The notes under the pieces: generated by a model
What the model was told of the DNA's origin: nothing
Databases searched by the model: none
What the model saw: the letters and a program-made list of their open reading frames with translations, nothing else
Part shown: positions 49,377 through 56,695 of the stretch, one piece after another
Numbering within the stretch: position 1 is the stretch's first letter
How the letters are laid out: each line of letters starts with the position of its first letter
Virus record (IMG/VR): IMGVR_UViG_3300046063_000009
DNA: 56,695 bases
Origin: a virus
Reading direction: 5' to 3' (one strand)
Made by a program: the position numbers and the translations under genes

Positions 49377-49606
49377 GAGATTCGTACCGCGGTGGACTAG
49401 ACTCGCCGGCCGGCGACGAGGCGCGGTCAATCCTCGAAGCCATCAACGACAACGCGACGGCGTTCGGGATGGGAATGATGATCGGGGCAGCGCTGGTTAT
49501 CGGCTTCGCTATGACGCTGGTATGGAAAGTCCGACTGTGCTTGATCGACCTTTGGTTGTGGGCCGACCCTCCAGACGATTGGGACACTACACTACATGAC
49601 CCATAA
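49373..49606 (+). CDS. Small membrane protein (77 aa)
   Basis: TM segment FGMGMMIGAALVIGFAMTLVW. ATGA overlap with the beta-helix gene stop. Confidence 0.55.
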   Translation: MRDSYRGGLDSPAGDEARSILEAINDNATAFGMGMMIGAALVIGFAMTLVWKVRLCLIDLWLWADPPDDWDTTLHDP

Positions 49607-49937
49607 ACAGTAACAGCGCCACCCCGCCGAGGAGGACGCCCACGCCGATCATCGTCCCTCCGAGCGCGTACCACGGCTCGGTCTGAATCGTCCGCAACCC
49701 CGGCGGCGCGTCGGGACCGACTCGCCGGAAGCCCAGCGCCACCGCGTAGTACACGAGCGCGACCACGAGCGCCCCACCGGTCAGCCCTTCGATGCCGAGC
49801 AACAGCCCGATGAGTATGGTCGCGGCGATGGCCTGCCCGATGGCCGTGCCGAGGATGAAGGCGTGGAGTTCGTCGTAAGTAAGACTGCCCCCGACCGGAA
49901 GTGAGACAACCGGGTCGCTTCCCTGTACCACGATCAC
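49587..49937 (-). CDS. Membrane protein (3 TM, 116 aa)
   Basis: AIGQAIAATILIGLLLGI, GGALVVALVYYAVALGF and MIGVGVLLGGVALLLFMG. GTGA overlap with the upstream gene. Confidence 0.65.
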   Translation of the reverse strand: MIVVQGSDPVVSLPVGGSLTYDELHAFILGTAIGQAIAATILIGLLLGIEGLTGGALVVALVYYAVALGFRRVGPDAPPGLRTIQTEPWYALGGTMIGVGVLLGGVALLLFMGHVV

Positions 49938-50263
49938 TCCTCCCCCGGGGTGTGGCTGTTGTCTCGGTCAGCGTCGTCGGTGGTTGTATCACCGGAACGA
50001 TCGAGGCTGCCGTCTTGTTCTCCGGTGGGGGCTCCGGTCTGTTTGACAGACGCCGCCCGACCGTCGCCGCGTTCGATCTGCCGCCGGGTGACGTACTGTG
50101 AGATCAACGCCACGACCAACACTGTGAGTTGATCGTAGACGGGTCCGGGGTTGGCAAACCCCATCGCTTTACCGAGATACGAAAACCCCCAGATTACGAC
50201 GATAAACCCGATAATGAAGCTTTCAAGGTCGGCCTCACCCGGCGATTTCAAACCCCGGGCCAC
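49934..50263 (-). CDS. Membrane protein (2 TM, 109 aa) with an acidic tail
   Basis: FIIGFIVVIWGFSYLG and LTVLVVALISQYV. GTG start. Confidence 0.6.
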   Translation of the reverse strand: MARGLKSPGEADLESFIIGFIVVIWGFSYLGKAMGFANPGPVYDQLTVLVVALISQYVTRRQIERGDGRAASVKQTGAPTGEQDGSLDRSGDTTTDDADRDNSHTPGEE

Positions 50264-50433
50264 TATCCGTCATCTCTCGCCGAAACCCAGTACGCTACGC
50301 CGACCGAGATGCAGAAGCTTCCGACCATCGCGATCTCGTCCGGGAGGGTTGCCGCCGCTGCGAGCAGGCCAGTAACGACGACGGGAAACCGAAGTCCGAG
50401 CGCCGTCGAACCGAGGGTACCGATAGTTCCCAT
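50263..50433 (-). CDS. Small membrane protein (56 aa)
   Basis: Trimmed to the ATG at 50433 (MGTIGTLGSTALGLRFPVVVTGLLAAAATLPDEIAMVGSFCISVGVAYWV...). Confidence 0.5.
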   Translation of the reverse strand: MGTIGTLGSTALGLRFPVVVTGLLAAAATLPDEIAMVGSFCISVGVAYWVSARDDG

Positions 50434-50444
50434 GAACGGATCAC

Positions 50445-51407
50445 TCAGACGTAGGCCGTTGAGGCCGAGTCTTCGACCGTGATCTCGACACCGAGCGGGG
50501 TGATCGAAACGTCGGGTTCGATCGGGTCCGACCCCGAGGGGAGATCGTGCGGGGCACTCTCTATCTGGCACTCCGTACAGGTGATCGTCAGCGTGTTTCC
50601 GTTCGGTCGGGTGAACTCCATCGACGCCTCGAAGCCGCCGGCCGTCGGTGAGGTCAGCTCGTTGTAAATGGCGTTATCCGTCACCCGAATCGTCGGCTCC
50701 AGGCTATAGCCCAGATTCCCGTACAGGATCTCGAACGGATCGACGCCCGTAGTGTCGTCCAGGTACCGGCCTTCCTGAAGGTTGTTCTCGATCGTCAACG
50801 AGAAGTCCTGCACCCGAGCGAAGCTGGTTCCGAATAGCGACAGCGACGATGAAACGTCTTTGAACAGCCACGGGTCGGCTTCCGGGGGAGAGATGCCTGA
50901 CGTTGCGCTCGTGCCCGATGAAACACCCAGTCCCCAATAGTCCAGACTCACGGTGAGTTCGTCGTCGTTCGAGATCGACAACTCCCCGGAGTTCGGCACA
51001 CAGCCGTCGAACGTTCGGACGATATTCGAGCCCGACCCCCGACCGTACAGCACTGCCTCGATCGTCTGTGAGGGGGGTAAGCCGTTCATCTTCGGCGTGA
51101 TCGTGTGCGTATAGGGCGCGGACGACCCGGTGACGGTGTCCGTTCCGAGCAGATACGCCAGCGGCGCACCATCGACCAGCGTGATCGGAATGTCACCGCC
51201 CTGGAACTCGCGCTGGCCTCGGTGATGCTGGTGGCCCTCACGGGTCCCACCGACAACGTGACTCAGCATCCAGTTCTGCTCGGGGTCTGGTAGCGAGGCG
51301 TCCTCTTGGATCTTCCCGAACGCGCGCGCCGGGCTTACGCTCGTCCCCTGCGTCGATTCCACGCCGACGCCGAGTTGGGCGTCTTCTGACTTGTACGGTG
51401 CAGCCAT
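50445..51407 (-). CDS. Major tail (tube) protein, siphovirus type
   Basis: 320 aa, beta-rich, located between the neck genes and the chaperone/tape-measure genes. No sheath gene is present. Confidence 0.55.
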   Translation of the reverse strand: MAAPYKSEDAQLGVGVESTQGTSVSPARAFGKIQEDASLPDPEQNWMLSHVVGGTREGHQHHRGQREFQGGDIPITLVDGAPLAYLLGTDTVTGSSAPYTHTITPKMNGLPPSQTIEAVLYGRGSGSNIVRTFDGCVPNSGELSISNDDELTVSLDYWGLGVSSGTSATSGISPPEADPWLFKDVSSSLSLFGTSFARVQDFSLTIENNLQEGRYLDDTTGVDPFEILYGNLGYSLEPTIRVTDNAIYNELTSPTAGGFEASMEFTRPNGNTLTITCTECQIESAPHDLPSGSDPIEPDVSITPLGVEITVEDSASTAYV

Positions 51408-51820
51408 TATTCACTCGCCTCCGTTGGTTCCGCGTCTGCTTCGCTCTCGCTCTCGATCTCGCTGCCTGTGCTCTCGGTACCTTCCGTCGCCTCGATCGGT
51501 CCCTCGGCAGTCGTCGCGCCGGCTGGCTCGTGCTCTGGAGTGCCGTTGTCGGCTTCCTCGACGAGTTCCAGCCCGTCGTAGTGCTCTGCCAGGTCCTCCT
51601 CGATTCGGCGGGCGCGTTGCCCGGCGTGCTGAGGGTTGTCGCCAGCGAACTCGAAGGGGAGCCGGTCGCGCACGTCGAACTCAGTGGGCGAGTCCGGTGT
51701 AGCGTAGCGCGTCCGAAGGGGGCGCAGGTAGCGCCGCCGTCCCTCGGCGATCGGGAAATCGTCGTCCGGGTCCGCGCCGGGGTGACGATAGATTTTCAGT
51801 CGCTCGGTTGAACGTAACAT
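51407..51820 (-). CDS. Neck/tail-completion protein (position-based)
   Basis: ATG at 51820; TAATG overlap with the tube gene. Confidence 0.5.
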   Translation of the reverse strand: MLRSTERLKIYRHPGADPDDDFPIAEGRRRYLRPLRTRYATPDSPTEFDVRDRLPFEFAGDNPQHAGQRARRIEEDLAEHYDGLELVEEADNGTPEHEPAGATTAEGPIEATEGTESTGSEIESESEADAEPTEASE

Positions 51821-51861
51821 GGTCGTGGTGTGGTCTGGTTCGGTTCGTGTACTCAGTCAGG

Positions 51862-52368
51862 TCAGGATCGCAGCATCGGCAGCGTCCGCGAGTCCGCCCG
51901 GTAGCCGACGGTACACTCCATCGCCCACCAGCCGAACGTCGAATCGTTCACTGGGACACCCCGGATCTCAAGTGTATCCCAGTCTCCCGGCGTTCCCGGG
52001 TTAGAGCTGCGCTTCCGGCCGCCCTCACAGACCCGGCGCACTGCCGTCCACAGGTCCTCGCGGCGGTCGCGGCTCCGTGGGGTAGCGATCTCGATAAAGC
52101 AGGCAGCGTCGTAATTGACGCTGAATAGCTCCAGATCGGCGTACTCGTGTCCCCGCTCGCTCGTCTCGGCCACGAGGACGTACTCGTTAGTGTAGTCTAC
52201 CCCCTTTCGAGCCTGCCCCGCTTCGTTCTCAGTGCGGAGTTCGATGAGATCCGGGCGCTCGATCCCCGAGTCTGGTGGCAGGTCGCCAGCCTCACCGTCC
52301 GGCCAGTGCGTATCGATAAACGAGTGCGTGAGCGCCGTCACGTCCTGTGTGGGTTCGCCGAGGGACAC
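51862..52368 (-). CDS. Neck/tail terminator-like protein (position-based)
   Basis: 168 aa, GTG start, head-tail joining region. Confidence 0.5.
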   Translation of the reverse strand: MSLGEPTQDVTALTHSFIDTHWPDGEAGDLPPDSGIERPDLIELRTENEAGQARKGVDYTNEYVLVAETSERGHEYADLELFSVNYDAACFIEIATPRSRDRREDLWTAVRRVCEGGRKRSSNPGTPGDWDTLEIRGVPVNDSTFGWWAMECTVGYRADSRTLPMLRS

Positions 52369-52370
52369 GG

Positions 52371-52577
52371 CTACTCACCGCCTCCAGAAGTATCGTTGTC
52401 GTCGTCCTCGGTCACGTCATCGCCGCCGATCCTGAGCTCCGCTTGGACGTCGCGCAGCGCGTCGAGGTATGCCTCGGGCCGTGCATCGCCGTCCTCATCG
52501 CCATCGGCGAGGCCGTGCAGCGTGGCGTGGACGTCGCGCTTGAGCAGGTATGGTCCGCCGATACTGTCGGGGGTCAT
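52371..52577 (-). CDS. Hypothetical acidic protein (68 aa)
   Basis: ATG start with an ATGA overlap. Confidence 0.6.
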   Translation of the reverse strand: MTPDSIGGPYLLKRDVHATLHGLADGDEDGDARPEAYLDALRDVQAELRIGGDDVTEDDDNDTSGGGE

Positions 52578-53146
52578 TCCTCGCCACCTCTGGTGGTCTC
52601 GGGAACGTCCACGTCGTCGGCGTCGAGTAATTCGACCATGCCCGATTGAAGGAGGTTGCCGGTGTCGCTCGCCTCATCCGCGACGATCTCCTGGGAGCGC
52701 GCGAACATGAGATCGAGCGCGTCCTCGACCAGCTTCCGGCCGGCCTCGGGGTCGTCGGAACCCTCGTACTTCGCGGCGAGCGCGTCGGCTTTGCGCTTGC
52801 CCTCCTCGAGCGAGCGCTCGGCGAAGAACACGCCCTCAGTGCCGTTCTCAGCGATCGCGTGAATGACGATCCAGGTCACGGCTGCCTTGTGGGCACCGCT
52901 GTTCGCCTCCATTCCCTCCGCGAGCGCGGCGTCTTTCAGCCCACTGTCGAGATCGGGCCACTTCCGATCGACCCACTCGCGCAGCGGATCGAACGGTGGT
53001 TGCGAGCCGGCGAACGCGGTCGGGTAGTTAACGTACTCCGCATAATCAGCAGTGTAGGCCACCCGGCCGGCGGCCCCCAGACCGGCGATCGCTTCCTCGG
53101 CGGCCTGCTCGTCGAACTCGAACGAGACGCTTCCCGCGCGGGTCAT
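52574..53146 (-). CDS. Head-tail joining protein (HK97 gp10-like?, position-based)
   Basis: 190 aa in the connector gene set. Confidence 0.45.
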   Translation of the reverse strand: MTRAGSVSFEFDEQAAEEAIAGLGAAGRVAYTADYAEYVNYPTAFAGSQPPFDPLREWVDRKWPDLDSGLKDAALAEGMEANSGAHKAAVTWIVIHAIAENGTEGVFFAERSLEEGKRKADALAAKYEGSDDPEAGRKLVEDALDLMFARSQEIVADEASDTGNLLQSGMVELLDADDVDVPETTRGGEE

Positions 53147-53553
53147 CGCGTGAACCCCGTGATAGCGTCCTCAGGGATGTCGATCCACTCAATCCGGGTA
53201 TGCTCGCCGACCAGTGGGTCGGCTTCGAGCGCTTCGATCGAGGGGTAGGTTGAGATACCCGCTCCACCCTCCATCCGGGCGAGTGTGAGTTGGCCGCTCG
53301 GGTGTGGATAGAGCGTCCCCTGCGCGACCGCCCGCTCGACGGTCGTACCTGCCGGAGTTCCCGTCTCGCGCTTCAACAGGTTGAACCGGAGAGGATCTAA
53401 CCCGTCGGCATGGCCCGGCTCCGATCCGCTTCGTTCGCGGTCGTCCGTGGCGGCCTCCTTAGCGCGCTCGCGGTGGCTCTCCTCGTCATGCTGCCGGTCG
53501 TCGGTGCGTTCCTCCTCGGTATCGCCGTCGCTGGTGGACTGTGGATCGCTCAT
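53143..53553 (-). CDS. Hypothetical head-module protein (136 aa)
   Basis: ATG start with ATGA overlaps on both sides. Confidence 0.6.
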   Translation of the reverse strand: MSDPQSTSDGDTEEERTDDRQHDEESHRERAKEAATDDRERSGSEPGHADGLDPLRFNLLKRETGTPAGTTVERAVAQGTLYPHPSGQLTLARMEGGAGISTYPSIEALEADPLVGEHTRIEWIDIPEDAITGFTR

Positions 53554-54422
53554 AGGCTCGGTCTCCTGCGGTAGGCTTGCGTCGCGTCTCGCGCAGCGGC
53601 GAACAGCTTCCCCGCTGCCGTCGTCTGATCGGGCGTGTTCTCCGGGCCGGAGGCGAGCATCGATCCGTACTGGTCGGTATGGATCAGGTCGGCCGCGACG
53701 AACTTCGCGCAGGCGTTACGCAACTCTCCGGGGACGCTCGCGCTCGGCTGGGCGTACTCCGTCTCGGCGTTCGCCGCCGTCTGTGCGCTCTCGTCGGTGC
53801 CGTAGCGGTAGCTCAGTCGGACGAGCAGCGGTGCGAGCGTCGGCTGGCTCCGTCCGTGCAGTCCGATCGCCCCGCTGCTGGTCGTCGTCCCCTCGCCACT
53901 GAAGGCAGCGAGATCGACGTGCAGTAGGCCAGAGCGCGCGTCGAGAACGAAGTCGTTGCCGTCGCCGAGCGCCCGGCCTTCGTTGGCTGTGATGTCCGTC
54001 TCTCCGTTCTCGTGGAGCACCACTACCGAGTCGCCAGCGCTCCCGTCGATCGATCGCACGTCCAGGTGATTGAGTACCGCGAGCACGCGCCGCCGCCCGC
54101 CGCCTCGGCGACCGATCCGACCGCCAGCTACTCCGTAGCCTCGACCGCGAGCGCGCCCGTGCATCGATCGCCCGCCGCGAACTGGCGTGCGGCGCTGACT
54201 GTGGCTCCGCTGCGCTGTCACCTCGATGTCGCTCACTCGGCGCGTGCGCCATGCCCGTCCGGTGATCCGGTCGATCCGGCTGGACGCGCGCAGCAGTAAC
54301 TCGCGCACCTGCTCGTCGGTCGGGTCGCTTGAGGCGTCGAAAGTCTTGTTCCGAATGTAGACCGCGACGTCACTCGGGTCTGCGTAGGGCACCTCATCGA
54401 CCAGTTCGGAGGTGACGGACAC
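53550..54422 (-). CDS. Head-tail connector/adaptor (gp6-like N-terminus) with an Arg/Gly-rich insertion
   Basis: The N-terminus YADPSDVAVYIRNKTFDASSDPTDEQVRELLLRASSRIDRITGR resembles gp6-like adaptors. The RGG-rich segment is at aa 72-113. Confidence 0.5.
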   Translation of the reverse strand: MSVTSELVDEVPYADPSDVAVYIRNKTFDASSDPTDEQVRELLLRASSRIDRITGRAWRTRRVSDIEVTAQRSHSQRRTPVRGGRSMHGRARGRGYGVAGGRIGRRGGGRRRVLAVLNHLDVRSIDGSAGDSVVVLHENGETDITANEGRALGDGNDFVLDARSGLLHVDLAAFSGEGTTTSSGAIGLHGRSQPTLAPLLVRLSYRYGTDESAQTAANAETEYAQPSASVPGELRNACAKFVAADLIHTDQYGSMLASGPENTPDQTTAAGKLFAAARDATQAYRRRPSL

Positions 54423-54442
54423 GAGCGATCAGTACCTCCGCG

Positions 54443-54766
54443 TTACCTCCGCGCTCCCGATGGGTCCGGGCCGACGACCATGAGCCACACCGAGACCGAG
54501 CCGCCGGTCGTCGTCGAGCCATCGACGTTGACCGTCGTCTGACTCGCGCCCGCACTGCTCACGTAGAAGTCGCCGTCTGCCCCGCCCGTTACCAGGGGGA
54601 AGACGTCGCCAGTAGCGAAGTCCTGCTCGTGGTTGACGACGGTCGAGCCGGTGCCGTTCGCATCGGTGTCAACCGAGACGGCGTGGAGCTCGATCGTGTA
54701 GGCCGCGAGGCCGAACACGCCGAGGCTGTTCTCGATCAACTGGAGGGCGGTGTCAGTCGCGGCCAT
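54443..54766 (-). CDS. Small head protein, possible decoration protein (107 aa)
   Basis: Trimmed to the ATG at 54766 (MAATDTALQLIENSLG...). It lies directly after the capsid gene and is beta-rich. Confidence 0.5.
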   Translation of the reverse strand: MAATDTALQLIENSLGVFGLAAYTIELHAVSVDTDANGTGSTVVNHEQDFATGDVFPLVTGGADGDFYVSSAGASQTTVNVDGSTTTGGSVSVWLMVVGPDPSGARR

Positions 54767-54782
54767 TAGTGTGTCACCGCCA

Positions 54783-56006
54783 TTACGCGAGGTTCTCCAG
54801 TGCGTAGGTCCGGCGAGTCGATTCTCCGACCATCGAACCGTAGGCATCGACGGCGAAGTCCTCGACCGGCGACGTGCGCGCGAGGGGGTGCATCGTCACG
54901 TCCTGAAGCATCCCTGCGTAACCCGCGCTCATGTCGTGGCTGATGAACACCCGCTCGCCGTTGACATCGCGCAGGCCGTGGGTCTCGAAGATCGGGGTAT
55001 TGTCCACGATAATCGCGTTGAAGCCGAAGTCGAAGGTGTCGCCCGGACTATCGTACCGGGAGAACTCCGTGAGATCCGACTTCAGGTCCTCGAACGTGGT
55101 GTGATCGGTCAGGTGGGCGATATTGTCCCGCGAGCTTTTGCCCTCTCGCCGCAGCTTCTTGATCTGCTCGCGGACCTTGTTCAGCGTAACCTGCGCGCCC
55201 GCCTCGTCGGCGATCTGCGCGGCGGGGTCGTTCACGAAGTCGAGGATGCCGAGGAAGCCGTTCGAGTCGTTGGCGTTCCCAGCAGCCGTGAGGTTCGACC
55301 CCCGCCCGAGGAGCATCTGGCGCTCCTCGTACTGCCGGATCGACCTGACCTGCGCTTCCTCGGTGAGTGCCCGCGTCGAGCGTAACGTCTGGGCGGCGAG
55401 CTGTACGAAGTCGCTCACCGTGTTCTGTCGCCCGTAGGCGTACACGTCGTAGGAGTGGTTCAGGTAGCTGTCGTCGTTCTCCGGCCAAGCTGGATTAGCC
55501 GACTCCCCGCCCTGGAACGAACTCGTATCCCCGATGTCGATCTCCTCGTCCACCTCGATAGTGTCCTGCTGGACGGCGACCCGGGGCACCATATCGGCGA
55601 AGGGCGTTGCCTCGTCGTCGGTGATGTAGACTTCAGGGGTGAAGTAGATCGGAATCGAGAAGTTCGCCCGCTCCATGTTCTTCTCGATCGCCTGCTTTGC
55701 CACGTAATCGAACGAGGCGTTGCGGTCCTGGCGGAACGACTCGTTCATCGCCTCGAACGTGGGCCGCCAGTGCTTCATCAGATCTTCTCTCAGATCGATC
55801 GGCTGGCCCGTAAGGTGGCCGTAGGGGTCCCAGTACGGCACCTCATCGCCCGGAACGCCGTACTTTTTCTCGATGAGGTCGGCCATGACGTTTCCGCCGC
55901 CGACGCCGAACGATCGCGTGTTCGCTGCACGGGTCTCGGAGTTACCCGAGGGTCTCCCCTGTGACTTGACGACGCCCTGCGGGTAGCTTTTCACGCGCCC
56001 GCTCAT
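54783..56006 (-). CDS. Major capsid protein, HK97 fold
   Basis: 407 aa, immediately downstream of the protease-scaffold gene (ATGA overlap). Length and sequence pattern are typical of HK97-family capsid proteins. Confidence 0.7.
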   Translation of the reverse strand: MSGRVKSYPQGVVKSQGRPSGNSETRAANTRSFGVGGGNVMADLIEKKYGVPGDEVPYWDPYGHLTGQPIDLREDLMKHWRPTFEAMNESFRQDRNASFDYVAKQAIEKNMERANFSIPIYFTPEVYITDDEATPFADMVPRVAVQQDTIEVDEEIDIGDTSSFQGGESANPAWPENDDSYLNHSYDVYAYGRQNTVSDFVQLAAQTLRSTRALTEEAQVRSIRQYEERQMLLGRGSNLTAAGNANDSNGFLGILDFVNDPAAQIADEAGAQVTLNKVREQIKKLRREGKSSRDNIAHLTDHTTFEDLKSDLTEFSRYDSPGDTFDFGFNAIIVDNTPIFETHGLRDVNGERVFISHDMSAGYAGMLQDVTMHPLARTSPVEDFAVDAYGSMVGESTRRTYALENLA

Positions 56007-56695
56007 TCTCCGTCACCGCCTGGAGCCAGCGAGATGTCGTCCGTGGTCATGCGGGACTTCTGCTCGTCCTGCTCGAACTCGGGATCGAACACGCTCTTAC
56101 GGACGACCTGGTTGCCGTCCTCGTCGGTCTCGAGGTCGTCGTCGTCGAGCCCGAGTATGGACTTGACAGCGCTTGTCGCGCCCTTCTCCGCACCCTTCTC
56201 GGCAGCTTCCTCTGCTACCTCGTCGACGTCCACCTCCGTGTGCTCTTTCTCGTCGTCGTCCTCGCCACCCTTGGTGCCGCTCGCGCCGCTCTCGGCACCG
56301 CCGGATTCGTCGTCGTCCTCACCTTCGGAGTCCTTATCGACCTGCTCGTGCAGCGTCGAGATCTCCGCCTCAGCCGAGTCCATCCGCTCGGCGAGGTCTT
56401 CCTGCTTGGAGACGAGATCCTCCTGGGTATCCTGTACGTTCGTTGCGATGTCGTTCGTCTTCTGGGTCAGGTCGTGGATGTCGCTGAGGGAAACCTCGTC
56501 CTCGCCGCTCTCCTTGCCTGACTCCTCGTCCTCGTCAGTCATGGGTATGCTTTTGAACTGCGTATGGAGTGTATCGGCAGCGCTAGCGAGACAGCGCCGC
56601 GCTTCCGCTTCGCTGGCGCGCTTCGCTGCTGCTCGCTCGTCTGCTGTCTCTTTCGCCGGAGCCTCGGAGCCCTCGCCAGGGATGTCGATCTCTGC
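56003..56695 (-). CDS. Protease-scaffold fusion, C-terminal part (continuation of 1-754 across the circular junction)
   Basis: The frame of track ORF 56003..56542 stays open upstream through 56543-56695 (...AKETADERAAAKRASEAEARRCLASAADTLHTQFKSIP-MTDEDEE...). The C-terminal part is hyper-acidic and coiled-coil-like. Confidence 0.7.
   Translation of the reverse strand, partial: AEIDIPGEGSEAPAKETADERAAAKRASEAEARRCLASAADTLHTQFKSIPMTDEDEESGKESGEDEVSLSDIHDLTQKTNDIATNVQDTQEDLVSKQEDLAERMDSAEAEISTLHEQVDKDSEGEDDDESGGAESGASGTKGGEDDDEKEHTEVDVDEVAEEAAEKGAEKGATSAVKSILGLDDDDLETDEDGNQVVRKSVFDPEFEQDEQKSRMTTDDISLAPGGDGE
56641..56695. repeat. Terminal direct repeat, right copy
   Basis: Identical to nt 1-55. 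Confidence 0.97.

Noticed and set aside
1-56695. Integrase / attP / lysogeny by integration
   Set aside because: No ORF shows tyrosine- or serine-recombinase motifs, and no tRNA-like att core was seen. The lifestyle (lytic, carrier state or plasmid-like) remains open.
56641-56695. The terminal repeat as a genuine direct terminal repeat of the virion DNA
   Set aside because: It is only 55 nt long and lies in the middle of an essential gene's reading frame. It is more simply explained as the k-mer overlap of a circular assembly path. The true termini need read-level analysis.

Overview
The window is a complete, circularly closed genome of a tailed dsDNA virus. The unit is 56,640 bp, and nt 1-55 are repeated exactly at 56641-56695. 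The host is most likely a halophilic archaeon: the sequence is very GC-rich, the predicted proteome is strongly acidic, promoters are TATA-type with near-leaderless genes, and a TFB-like protein is encoded. I call about 77 genes, 70 of them on the minus strand. Most are chained by 1-11 nt start/stop overlaps (ATGA, GTGA, TAATG), and many use GTG starts. The ORF track translates GTG/TTG starts as M and picks the most upstream start, so I trimmed many starts. Modules, in minus-strand transcription order: (1) head: a protease-scaffold gene spanning the window ends, an HK97-like capsid at 54783-56006, and connector/neck genes at 51407-54766. (2) siphovirus-type tail: tube 50445-51407, chaperone pair 46846-47750, tape measure 44623-46797, and baseplate/fibre genes 35694-44588. 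(3) replication: primase-helicase 32301-35135 and a DUF4326 gene. (4) a plus-strand regulatory island: TFB-core protein 28375-29481, a Cys-rich protein and an RHH protein. (5) an early/middle block at 15182-28171 of small acidic, zinc-ribbon and HTH proteins plus a HerA-like ATPase. (6) a six-gene 7-deazaguanine DNA-modification operon at 9870-15076. (7) packaging: a TerS-like gene, TerL 6758-8500 and portal-MuF 2910-4964. I saw no integrase, tRNA, rRNA or CRISPR array. The most notable observations are these. A virus-encoded TFB core lacks the Zn-ribbon, and a seven-copy conserved tripartite promoter has a virus-specific block at the BRE position. An HNH cassette sits at the portal 3' end and carries a synonymously recoded replacement of the last 13 portal codons. 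An island with a beta-helix protein and four small membrane proteins interrupts the tube-chaperone-tape-measure order and is a candidate lysis cassette. The dpdA operon includes a ParB/DpdB-like partner. An iteron/inverted-repeat element next to the replication genes is a candidate origin. All functional calls come from motifs read by eye and from gene order; no database search was possible.
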